Assembly: GCF_006345805.1 (NCBI RefSeq)
Contig: NW_021836901.1
Span: 1 to 22,625, forward strand
From: Octopus sinensis
Taxonomy: Eukaryota
Direction: 5' to 3'
DNA length: 22,625 nucleotides
Numbering within the stretch: position 1 is the first letter of the stretch; each line of letters begins with the position of its first letter. The notes under the pieces are model-generated. The model saw nothing but the letters and a program-made list of their open reading frames with translations. It did not search any database and was not told where the DNA came from. This document shows, piece by piece, positions 1 through 8,863 of the stretch. The position numbers were made by a program, and so were the translations under genes.

Positions 1-415
1 TGTGTGTGTGTGTGCATGTGTGTGTGTGTAAGGGTGCGTGTATATGTGTGTGTGTGTGTGTGTGCATGTGTGTGTGTGTAAGGGTGCGTGTATTGTATGT
101 GTGTGTGTGTGGTGTGTGCATGTGTGTGTGTGTAAGGGTGCGTGTATATGTGTGTGTGTGGTGTGTGGTGCATGTGTGTGTGTGTAGGGTGCGTGTATAT
201 GTGTGTGTGGTGTGTGGTGTGCATGTGTGTGTGTGTAAGGGTGCGTGTATATGTGTGTTGTGTGTGTGCATGTGTGTGTAAGGGTGCGTGTATATGTGTG
301 TGTGTGTGTGTGTGGGGCATGTGTGTGTGTGTGTAAGGGTGCGTTTGTATATGTGTGTGTGTGTGGTGTGCGTGTGTGTGTGTAAGGGTGCGTGTATATG
401 TGTGTGTGTGTGTGG
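1..415. repeat. Composite (TG)n minisatellite, ~50-bp period, anchored by (TA)AGGGTGCGT
   Basis: The motif agggtgcgt recurs 8 times (about 31, 81, 135, 186, 238, 281, 336, 385), separated by variable TG tracts; the array runs off the window start. Confidence 0.9.
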
Positions 416-510
416 GGGGGTTGGTTATAAGTTTTCACCTGATCTTTGTTGTTTACAATAGGATTAAACATGCGCGCGACTTCAAACACACACACCCACA
501 CACACACACT

Positions 511-885
511 CTCTTTTACTTGTCTCAGTCATTTGACTGCGGCCATGCTGGAGCACCGCCTTTTAGTCGAGCAACTCGACCCCGGGACTTATTCTTTTTG
601 TAAGCCCAGTACTTATTCTATCGGCCTCTTTTTGCGCCGAACCGCTAAGTGACGGGGACGTAAACACGCCAGCATCGGTTGTCAAGCAATGCTAGGGGGA
701 CAAACACAGACACACAAACACACACACATATACATATATATATATATACATATATACGACAGGCTTCTTTCAGTTTCCGTCTACCAAATCCACTCACAAG
801 GCATTGGTCGGCCCGGGGCTATAGCAGACCAGCATCGGTTGTCAAGCAATGCTAGGGGGACAAACATAGACACACAAACATATAT

Positions 886-929
<44 letters not shown>

Positions 930-1094
930 CTACGACGGGCTTCTTTCAGTTTCCACCTACCAAATCCACTCACAAGGCTTTGGCCAACGCGAGGTTTATA
1001 GTAGAAGACACTTGCCCAAGGTGCCACGCAGTGGGACTGAACCCGGAACCATGTGGTTGGTAAACAAGCTACTTACCACACAGCCACTCCTGCG
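511..1094 (-). mobile_element. tRNA-derived SINE family A, composite copy with a duplicated internal segment
   Basis: Minus-strand head CGCAGGAGTGGCTGTGTGGTAAG...GGTTCCGGGTTCAGTCCC has A-box and B-box-like motifs. It is followed by an internal (TA)n/(CA)n tract and the tail ...CAAGTAAAAGAG. Segment 669-828 is repeated from 829. Homologous to 13431-13853, 14267-14735, 18188-18748 and 20164-20558. Confidence 0.9.
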
Positions 1095-1104
1095 ACATCA
1101 TTTT

Positions 1105-1420
1105 TGTCTTTTACTTGTTACAAGCAAAAGGACTGCGGCCATCCTGGGCCATGCCAGGCCATGTCGGGCCATGCCAGGCCATGTCGGGCCATGCCAGGCC
1201 ATGTCGGGCCACACTGCTCCATACTGGGCCACCGCCTTGATGTGTTTTCTTTATAGCCGAACGAATCACCCCACCCTCGAACCTAGTGCTTAATCTTTTT
1301 TTTTTAAACCTTGATACTTATTCTATCGCTGTCTTTCGCCGAACCGCTAAGTTACGGGAATGTAAACATGCCAACACTGGTTGTCAAGCTGTGCTGATGG
1401 GATACACACACGCGCACACA
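1105..1420 (-). mobile_element. Diverged SINE A 3' half containing a 10/20-bp tandem expansion
   Basis: tcttttacttgt...gactgcggcc...caccgccttg...tacttattctatcg...gccgaaccgctaagttacggg...ggttgtcaagc matches the SINE A 3' half seen elsewhere in this window. Confidence 0.75.
1137..1226. repeat. 10-bp minisatellite GGCCATG(CCA/TCG) with a 20-bp higher-order unit x3
   Basis: ggccatgcca-ggccatgtcg is repeated three times (1147-1206), with degenerate 10-mers on both sides. Confidence 0.9.
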
Positions 1421-1809
1421 AACGCATACACACATATACATGCGTTGTGTATATTTCTCTGTATGTAGGTATAGGTGTGTATATATATGTACATATTTAC
1501 GTGCGTGAGTGCGTGTATTTATCTCTGTACATATGTACCTGTACTCACACACACACACGCATGCACATTCTCACACTGGTCAGTAATATAAGGTGCAGGC
1601 GTAGCTGTATGGTAAGACCCACATGGTTCCGGGTTCAGTCCCACTGCTTGACACCAAGGGCAAGTGTTTTCTACTATAGCCCCGGGCCAACCAAATCCTT
1701 GTCAGTGGACCTGGTAGACGGAAACTGAAAGAAGCCCGTCGCATATATATATATATTCTTTTATTTGTATCAGCCATTTGACTGCGGCCATGCTGGAGTG
1801 CCGCTTTTG

Positions 1810-1935
1810 TATGATGTATGTATGTATGTATGTATGTATGTATGTATGTATGTATGTATGTATGTTTGTATGTATGTTTGTATGTATGTATGTATGTATG
1901 TATGTATGTATGTATGCGTGAATGTATATTTGCAT
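1810..1935. repeat. (TATG)n microsatellite
   Basis: Direct tandem tatg units. Confidence 0.95.
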
Positions 1936-2128
1936 GTATGTATGTATTTGTGTGTGTGTGCATGTGTCTGTGTGTCTGCGCTTGCCCCCCCCCACGCCAT
2001 CGCTTGACAACCGGTGTTTGTGTGTTTATGTTCTCGTAACGTAGCGGTTCGGGAAAAAGTGCCCGGTAGGATAAGTGCTAGGCTTATAAAGAATAACCCC
2101 TGGGGGTCGTCTCCGTCTGAAACCATTT

Positions 2129-2791
2129 GGCAGCGAGCTGGCAGAAACGTTGGCACGCCGGGCGAAATGCTTAGCGATATTTCGTCTGTCGCTACGTTCT
2201 GAGTTCAAATTCCGCCGACGTCGACTTTGCCTTTCATCCTTTCGGGGTCGATAAATTAAGTACCAGTTACGCACTGGGGTCGATGTAATCGACTTGATCC
2301 GTTTGTCTGTCCTTGTTTGTCCCCTCTGTGTTTAGCCCCTTGTGGGTAGTAAAGAAATAGGTATTTCGTCTGCCGTTACGTTCTGAGTTCAAATTCTGTC
2401 GAGGTCGACTTTGCCTTTCATCCTTTCGGGGTCGATAAATTAAGTACCAGTTACGCACTGGGGTCGATGTAATCGACTTGATCCGTTTGTCTGTCCTTGT
2501 TTGTCCCCTCTGTGTTTAGCCCCTTGTGGGTAGTAAAGAAATAGGTATTTCGTCTGCCGCTTTGTTCTGGGTTCAAATTCCGTCGAGGTCGACTTTGCCT
2601 TTCATCCTTTCGGGGTCGATAAATTAAGTACCAGTTACGCACTAGGGTCGGTCGACTTTACCTTTCATCCTTTCGGGGTCGATAAATTAAGTACCAGTTA
2701 CGCACTGGGGTCGATGTAATCGACTTGATCCGTTTGTCTGTCCTTGTTTGTCCCCCTCTGTGTTTAGCCCCTTGTGGGTGGTAAAGAAATA
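2129..2791 (+). mobile_element. tRNA-related SINE family B, tandem multimer (head plus repeated body units)
   Basis: Head GGCAGCGAGCTGGCAGAAACG and B-box-like GAGTTCAAATTCC. Units: 2129-2359, 2360-2543 (184 bp), partial 2544-2650 and partial 2651-2791. Complete 3' ends read GTAAAGAAATA. Homologous to monomers at 16576-16806 and 22047-22271. Confidence 0.9.
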
Positions 2792-3277
2792 CATTCAAGG
2801 CCTTGCTCCAGCATGGCCGCAATCAAATGACTGAAACAAGTAAAAGAAATAAAATTACACACACCCACACCACACACCTATTCTAGTGCACAGATTAATG
2901 ACGATTAGCGAGCAGGTGCTTTGCTGAAATCTTTTAGCGGGTCATCGCACGCGCACCTAAGCGCTCATATCTACGCACGTGGTTTTTTCTGTTACATACT
3001 CCCGCATTGTCACAGACACACTGACACACGTATAATTATTACTACATATAAACCCCTTATTTTATGTAGTGCGGGTGGGGGGTGGGACTAGCGGGTAGGT
3101 GTGTATGTGTGTGTTTTGAGGAGGGGAGGATCGGATTGTTCGAGTTGATAGACCGTTTTGTCGGCCGGTTTTCTTTTTTTTTTACCTCTGACTTTTCGTG
3201 TTGAACTTCTTGTGAACTTCTTTTTCGAACTGTTTTTTTTTTTTGTGGCTTAGTCATGATGAATGCTTACGCGTGTT

Positions 3278-3440
3278 GCGTGTGTGTGTGTGCGTGTGTG
3301 TGTGTATGTGTGTGTGTATGCGTGTGCGTGTGTGTGCGTGTGTGTGTGTGTGAGTGTGTGTGTATGTGTGCGTGTGTGTGTGTGTGTGCGGGCGTCCGGG
3401 TGCAAGTATGTGTGCGTGTTAAGTACGTGTGTGTGTGTGC
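3278..3440. repeat. Degenerate (TG)n microsatellite
   Basis: Long TG/CG dinucleotide run. Confidence 0.9.
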
Positions 3441-3910
3441 ATTGGCGGTACTCCAGCATGGCCACAGCTTTTTGGCTGAAACGGGCATACACGCGTGTGT
3501 GTGTGTCTATTTATATCTGTTTATATATATGTGTGTGTGTATGTGCCTGCCCCCCACACGTATACGAATACACACGTGTATATAAAGGATATATATCTGC
3601 ACACACTTAGGAAGCGTCTATATTTATTTAGGTGACGAAGACATTCCCCTCTTTACCCACCCTGTCCCCTCACTCATGTGCCACCTTTGCGACCCATTTC
3701 TCGCTTGTACCTCAGTTGAGTATTTCCTTTTTTTCCCCCACTGCTTAATTAGTCAGAGGAAGAAGGATCACATCCCAGACATCCTGCTTTTATCTTTTTA
3801 TTTCTTTCAACCTTTTTGACCCCCCCCCCCCACCGGACTTGTTACAAACTCGGTGCTTGAAAGGGATCTAGATTAAATCCTTTCTTCTAATTATATTTCG
3901 GACACCAGCT

Positions 3911-4050
3911 TAATAACCCTTTCTACTATAGGCACAAGGTCTGAAATTTGAGGGGTGGGGCGTAGTCGATTACACCGACTCCACAGTTTTAACCGGTATA
4001 CTCATTTTATCGACCGCGAAAGGATGAAAGGCAAATTAGACCTCGGCAGG
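3911..4050 (-). mobile_element. SINE B' (alternative-tail variant), 5'-truncated
   Basis: Contains the reverse complement of the B core (tttgcctttcatcctttcg..gtcgataaa) plus a tail like 7441-7475 (aaatttcag.ccttgtgcctatagtagaaagg). Confidence 0.7.
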
Positions 4051-4059
4051 TACAATAAA

Positions 4060-4484
4060 TCCTATTAATAAAATCTTTAATATTAAGTTTCAAAATATAT
4101 TCTATTCTAGATGGTATAGGAATATCCTTCAAAGATCAATTCCAAAATAGCGGTTCTATCTTACCTGTACAGTTCAATAACTAAGGAAATTGATAGTTAT
4201 TAAATTGATACAATCGATAAACGTTAGTTATAAATATAAATAGAAATATAATAATAATAATAATAATAATAATATTATAATAATAATTACAAAACTTACA
4301 GGGGAAAAAAAAATAATAATAATTGCAAAACTTACTGGTGGTTTTTCGCTAAATTATATACTTATATATTGTGTAATTTCATTAAAAATTTTTAAATTGA
4401 ATTTTATCCTGTAAGTTTTGGAATTATATTCCATCATATTATTAGGCCATTTTAATCCCGAGCAACGCCGGGTATCTCTGCTAG
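4060..4484 (+). mobile_element. Non-autonomous Helitron-like element (3' end clear, 5' end tentative)
   Basis: Subterminal hairpin CCCGAGCAACGCCGGG (4457-4472), 8-nt spacer, terminal CTAG (4481-4484) followed by T. Candidate 5' end is A|TCCTATTAATAAAA at 4060. This matches established Helitron end structure and the A|T target. Confidence 0.6.
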
Positions 4485-4612
4485 TATATCAAGATTAATC
4501 AGCCAAAATTGCTAGGATGATCCGGTTCTGGACTGAAGATTAAAGGCTTCGAATGACCCGTCCGTGTTTCTTTGTATCGTCTCCTGGATGTTTTGCGTTC
4601 GTGTCCCATTTT

Positions 4613-4639
4613 GTATATATATATATTATATATATATAG

Positions 4640-4711
<72 letters not shown>
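4613..4711. repeat. (TA)n followed by (GA)n microsatellite
   Basis: Direct reading. Confidence 0.95.
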
Positions 4712-4715
<4 letters not shown>

Positions 4716-4868
4716 ATGAACATAATGTAAAACTCCGTAAGTGAAGCAGCTTCTCCATCAGTAGGATCAGGAAACATTTTGTTCTCATTATTCTTGACAA
4801 GAACAGTGGGGTCCTTCAACTCCTTTAGTGGTGTTTACTCTATTACCAGCTTTTGAAATCTCAGTTAA

Positions 4869-5486
4869 CTCCTTTCCTTTCTCTTTTTCTTTTGTCTTTT
4901 GCTTTTTTTGTTGTTACATTTTAAACACCTGGGAGGTTTTATTACCTAACTGCAAGGATAATCTTGGATCTTTTCGGTTTGAATGGCAGTTTTTAACATA
5001 ATTTCCACGTAACTAAACACTTTTAAACTTCGTATACTGGTAGAATGTGTTTATAAAACATCTTTTTCTCTTGGCTTTATTGAGAAAATTCTATAGTTTG
5101 TACGATATTTGTTGGGTTTTTTTTTCAATTTCTGCAATTTCAACCAATCAATGACGTCTATTGAGTAAAAAAAAACCCCATTCTGTGCCGTATGAATATG
5201 TCCCTCGTTTAAGAAACAGGTTGGGTTTATTTATATTTGTGAAGAAAAAAAGATACCCTTCCACCCACTCCTAACCCTAACCCTAAAAGAGATTGAAATG
5301 CAATAGATCGATACTAGGGTCATAATTATGGGTGACAATTTCATATGACACCGCTTGAAAAAACTGCCATTCAAACCGAAAAGATCCCTCCTTTCCTTTC
5401 CTTTTATTAAATTGTCTTTTGCTTTTTGTTGTTGTTACATTTTAAACACCTAGGAAGGTTTTATTACCTAACTGCGAGGATAATCT
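4869..5486 (+). repeat. ~96-bp imperfect direct repeats flanking MITE copy 1
   Basis: 4869-4964 and 5388-5486 both read ctcctttcctttc...ttgtcttttgc...gttacattttaaacacct.g.aggttttattacctaactgc.aggataatct. Confidence 0.85.
4966..5387. mobile_element. MITE with 29-bp perfect terminal inverted repeats, copy 1
   Basis: GGATCTTTTCGGTTTGAATGGCAGTTTTT (4966-4994) is the exact reverse complement of 5359-5387. No coding capacity. A second copy is at 6545-6982. Confidence 0.9.
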
Positions 5487-5789
5487 CATCTAATGAAAGT
5501 TATGCAATTGGCTGTAGGCTCGCTGCTCTTCTGTTGGAGGCAAAGCGTGCCTATTGAGAGGGGTGGTGGTGGCGATTTTTGTTGACTGTTAGTGGTGGTG
5601 GTCGCGGTGATTGTCGTCGTTGTGTGTGTGTGTGTGTGTGTGTTGAGAGTGGTGCACTTACTGAATCTAAAGTAAAGCAAAGGCTTTCTAAAACAAACTC
5701 AATCGTTGTTATGCTGTCTCTCTGAAGTACTTATGTGTGTCAAAATGTGTGTATAAATATATACACACATACATGTATGTGTATATATA

Positions 5790-5821
<32 letters not shown>

Positions 5822-5929
5822 GTGTGTAAGCTTGCGTGTGGTCATGTGTGAGACTGTACTTGCAGCGGCGGTCGTGGTGGTTGGTGTTTGTAAAGAGAGG
5901 AGGAGGGAGTGGCGTAGAGAGGTGTGGAG

Positions 5930-6037
5930 AGAGAAAGAGAGAGAGAAAGAGAAAAAGAGAGAGAAAGAGAGAGAGAAAGAAAGAGAGAGAAAAAGAGAGA
6001 AAGAGAGAGAGAAAGAGAAAGAGAGAGAGAGAGAGAG
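5930..6037. repeat. (GA/GAAA)n purine tract
   Basis: Direct reading. Confidence 0.9.
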
Positions 6038-6174
6038 GATGCTTCTCTATTCTTTTTTCTCCATAAACAATCACAAAATTGTGTTTGTCAAAACTCAACC
6101 AACAATTGTTCTCTTATTTATTTGCACTGCGTACGACTGTTTACGATTTAAAGAGAAGGAGAGGGGAAAAACCA

Positions 6175-6224
6175 GATAGACAGACAGACAGATAGATAGA
6201 TAGATAGATAGACAGACAGATAGA
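6175..6224. repeat. (GATA/GACA)n microsatellite
   Basis: Direct reading. Confidence 0.9.
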
Positions 6225-6370
6225 TGTAAAAAAAGAGAGAGACTGATGATACAGTGGAGCTGTTGATGACGAGAGAAGACAGACGACGTGGAGAGGGGAT
6301 AAGGAAATTGGCGCGAGACAGGTGTATTCATGCTCACCACTATCGGGGCCCCGAGATGGTAATCCGCTAG

Positions 6371-6469
6371 TGCGAGCCCCGTGAGTCAGAGTGGCTGTTC
6401 CAGCGTATCTCCCTCGCCGTCCTTCGGGGCAACGTCTATTCTGTTTTATCTGCTGTTGGGGTGTCATGA
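6371..6469 (+). mobile_element. Extreme C-terminus of a CRE-clade non-LTR retrotransposon ORF (fragment)
   Basis: My translation is CEPRESEWLFQRISLAVLRGNVYSVLSAVGVS*. It resembles the LFQRLS(I/L)AxxRGN C-terminal motif of CRE-type RLE elements (recalled family knowledge). An in-frame TAG lies just upstream. It is not in the ORF track. Confidence 0.65.
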
Positions 6470-6544
6470 GGTAATCTGAATTATACGAATTTGAGAGAAT
6501 GTCAGAATTTCGTATTTTACTACCCGCGGTTTAATATATTTTTT

Positions 6545-6982
6545 GGATCTTTTCGGTTTGAACGGCAGTTTTTTAAAATAATTTCCACGTAACTGAACAC
6601 TTTTAAACTTCGTATACTGGTAGAATGTGTCAAAATAAAACATCTTTTTCTCTTGGCTTTACTGAGAAAATTCTATAGTTTGTAAGATATTTGTTGTTTT
6701 TTTCTTCAACTTCTGCAATTTCAACCAATCAATGACGTCTATTGAGGTAAAGAAAAAAGCCATTCTGTGCCGTATGAAAATGTCCCTCGTTTAAGAAACA
6801 GATTGGGTTTATTTACATTTCTGAAGAAAAAAGATACCTTCCCCCCCCCTTAACCCTAACCCTAACTAACCCTAAATCTAAAATAGATTGAAATGCAATA
6901 GATCGATTCTAGGGTCATAATTATGGGTGACAATTTCATATGACACCACTAGAAAAAACTGCCGTTCAAACCGAAAAGATCC
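6545..6982. mobile_element. MITE with ~30-bp terminal inverted repeats, copy 2
   Basis: GGATCTTTTCGGTTTGAACGGCAGTTTTTT ... AAAAAACTGCCGTTCAAACCGAAAAGATCC. Colinear with 4966-5387 and in the same orientation, with internal (CCCTAA)n at 6851-6876. Confidence 0.9.
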
Positions 6983-7248
6983 AAATATAATTATATAAAA
7001 ATTTCCACCACTATGAAAAAATCTTAAAGGATATTTCCTTTAAAATACGTTCTGTATTTAAGTTGCATTATGATGCGTTATGTGGTTGATATTTGCTCTG
7101 TCTCTAGGGTTGTTTTATGTATCTCCGTCAATTTTTGAGGCCCTATTTTTCGATGCTGCCTGCATGCTGCCTTAGTTCTATAAATGTGGTACACCATATT
7201 TGATGAATTCGTATGTGATTATTAAGGATTATTAAGCTGGTGTAAGGT

Positions 7249-7491
7249 GGTGGCAAGCTGGCAGAATTGTTTGTGTGCCGCTGGGCAAAATGTTTAGCAG
7301 CATTTCATCCGTCCTTTTGTTCTGAGTTCAAATTCTGCTGAGCTTGACTTTGCCTTTTATCCTTTCGGAGGCTGATAAATTAAGTATCGGTCGATATAAC
7401 TGAGTATCTGGGGTTGATGTAATTGGCCATCGCCTTCCCCCAAATTTCAGGCCTTGTGCCCATAGTAAAAAGGATTATTATTATTATTATT
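7249..7491 (+). mobile_element. Diverged SINE B' with (TTA)n tail
   Basis: Head ggtggcaagctggcagaa, B-box-like gagttcaaattc, core gactttgccttttatcctttcgg, tail ...catagtaaaaaggattattattatt. Confidence 0.75.
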
Positions 7492-8040
7492 GAGTGAGAG
7501 AGCAATGCATGCAATCAAAGTGACACTGGGGTAAAATATATGAAGCCCAGTATATGACTACCCGTCTGATAAGGGTACACTAGGCACATGCATCACAACT
7601 ATATGTGCACGACATGATGATCTCATATCAAGATAAACAGCACATGAGCTTGTAGGTGGGGCCCAGTTAGAATTTTCTTCAGGTTGGGTAGCCCATCCCG
7701 CTCAAAGGGTCCCTGAATAAGGGTTGTTTAAGCATGTTGAACGAAACACCCATGTTTCCAGAGGTGAATTATTCAAACCCCAAAGAATTCCCCCTCAACA
7801 CATGGCTATGATGCTCCCCCACTACTTCTGATCGTGATCAGAGATGCACATATCGTCAGCCACTAAGGAACATAATCAACTGGTTAAGGTCAAACAACTG
7901 ACAAGCAAATCTGTGGTATTGAGCAGAATATTTGCTGTAGCCCATCTTTTATACCAAGACAAAACAATGTACATGATAACACTTCCAATCAGTTAAGATC
8001 AGAAGCCATGAGAGCCACTGCCTGGTACTGCATCAGGGCA
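7492..8040. mobile_element. Unclassified ~550-bp non-coding element bounded by (TTA)n on both sides
   Basis: High-complexity block of higher GC than its flanks, with sharp borders against TTA microsatellites. No convincing ORF and no tRNA boxes. Mobile-element status is inferred from context. Confidence 0.5.
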
Positions 8041-8084
8041 TTAATTATTATTATTATTATATTATTATTATTATTATTATTATT

Positions 8085-8848
8085 CTATGTTTGACTTTTG
8101 CTTTATATTTGTACAATGGTCGCTCCAAGTCTCACCAGAGACACCTCAAGAGACAACAGGTTGGAAGTTCACGTTGTTGTTATGCCTAGTGTGCCATATA
8201 TTTGTTGTTTTTTTTGGTGTTGTACTAGTGGATGTCTAAGAAAAAAAATTATGTTTGTTTTAAACCTTGAGATTACATAGAAAGTATTTTGCGTAGGATA
8301 TGAGCAGTTCCCATGAGCACTATCTTTTGAATTTCTGCCATTTTTGGGTTTCCTGGTATGTGAGTTAGGTAGCAATCAGCCCCTTTTGCTATCATTCCCA
8401 GGGCACCTATGACAACAGGTATTATTTTAGTCTTCAGGTTCCACATTTTGCTGATTTCTATTTCAAGATCTTTATATTTGCTCAGTTTTTGGTAGGTCTT
8501 GACAGATACGTTTATATCGATTGGGACAGTCATATCAATGAGGAGGCATGTTCTTTGTTTGAAGTCTTTCAATATGATGTCTGGCCTATTTGCATCTATC
8601 TTTCTGTCAGTTTGAATGGTGAAGTTCCAGAGGAGTGAGATGTGGTCATTTACAAGCACTGGGGGTGGTTTGTGTTCCCACCAGTTTTTTTCATGGGGCA
8701 AATCCAGGTTTTTGCAAATTACCCAGTAAATATATTGTACAGCTCTATCATGCCTGTTGAGATACTCTGTAGGCGCTAGAAGACTGCACTTGGAGACAAC
8801 ATGATCAATGGTTTCATTTTGTTGTTGACATACACGACATGTTGGGCT
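8085..8848 (-). mobile_element. 5'-truncated R4/Dong-type non-LTR retrotransposon (CCHC knuckle, RLE endonuclease, 3' UTR), copy A
   Basis: Open frame 8848-8273 (191 aa): SPTCRVCQQQNETIDHVVSKC (C-x2-C-x7-H-x4-C) ... NRPDIILKD...LIDMTVP...KLSKYKDL (PD-D-K restriction-like nuclease) ... PVVIGALG...GTAHILRKIL*. Followed by the 3' UTR and a (TAA)n tail. Confidence 0.9.
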
Positions 8849-8863
8849 ATTATTATTATTATT

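Larger units (their letters stand above)
1592..2850 (+). mobile_element. SINE A copy interrupted by a short inverted SINE A tail (1756-1810), (TATG)n and a SINE B multimer (2129-2791)
   Basis: Head at 1592-1740, body resumes at about 1960-2110, and the tail gctccagcatggccgcaatcaaatgactgaaacaagtaaaag is at 2804-2847. Confidence 0.75.

Noticed and set aside
6-603. Cys/Val-rich ORFs
   Set aside because: Translations of (TG)n repeats; no complexity or domain.
2129-2791. Repeated ORFs MRNWYLIYRPRKDERQ… as a gene family
   Set aside because: Antisense translations of SINE B units.
4525-4565. Hammerhead-like CTGAAGA…CGAA…GTC
   Set aside because: GAAT instead of GAAA, no clear stem II, and stem I does not pair.
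4712-4860. Possible exon (MKDPTVLVKNNENKMFPDPTDGEAASLTEF)
   Set aside because: No recognisable domain or convincing splice pair; the frame runs into microsatellites.
5270-5286. Telomere or interstitial telomeric site (also 6851-6876)
   Set aside because: Only 2-4 units, at the same position inside both MITE copies.
7990-8040. HDV-like ribozyme at the end of the 550-bp element (minus-strand GGC-TCTCATG-GCT as P3/L3)
   Set aside because: I could not find the required upstream P1 partner; left as an untested possibility only.
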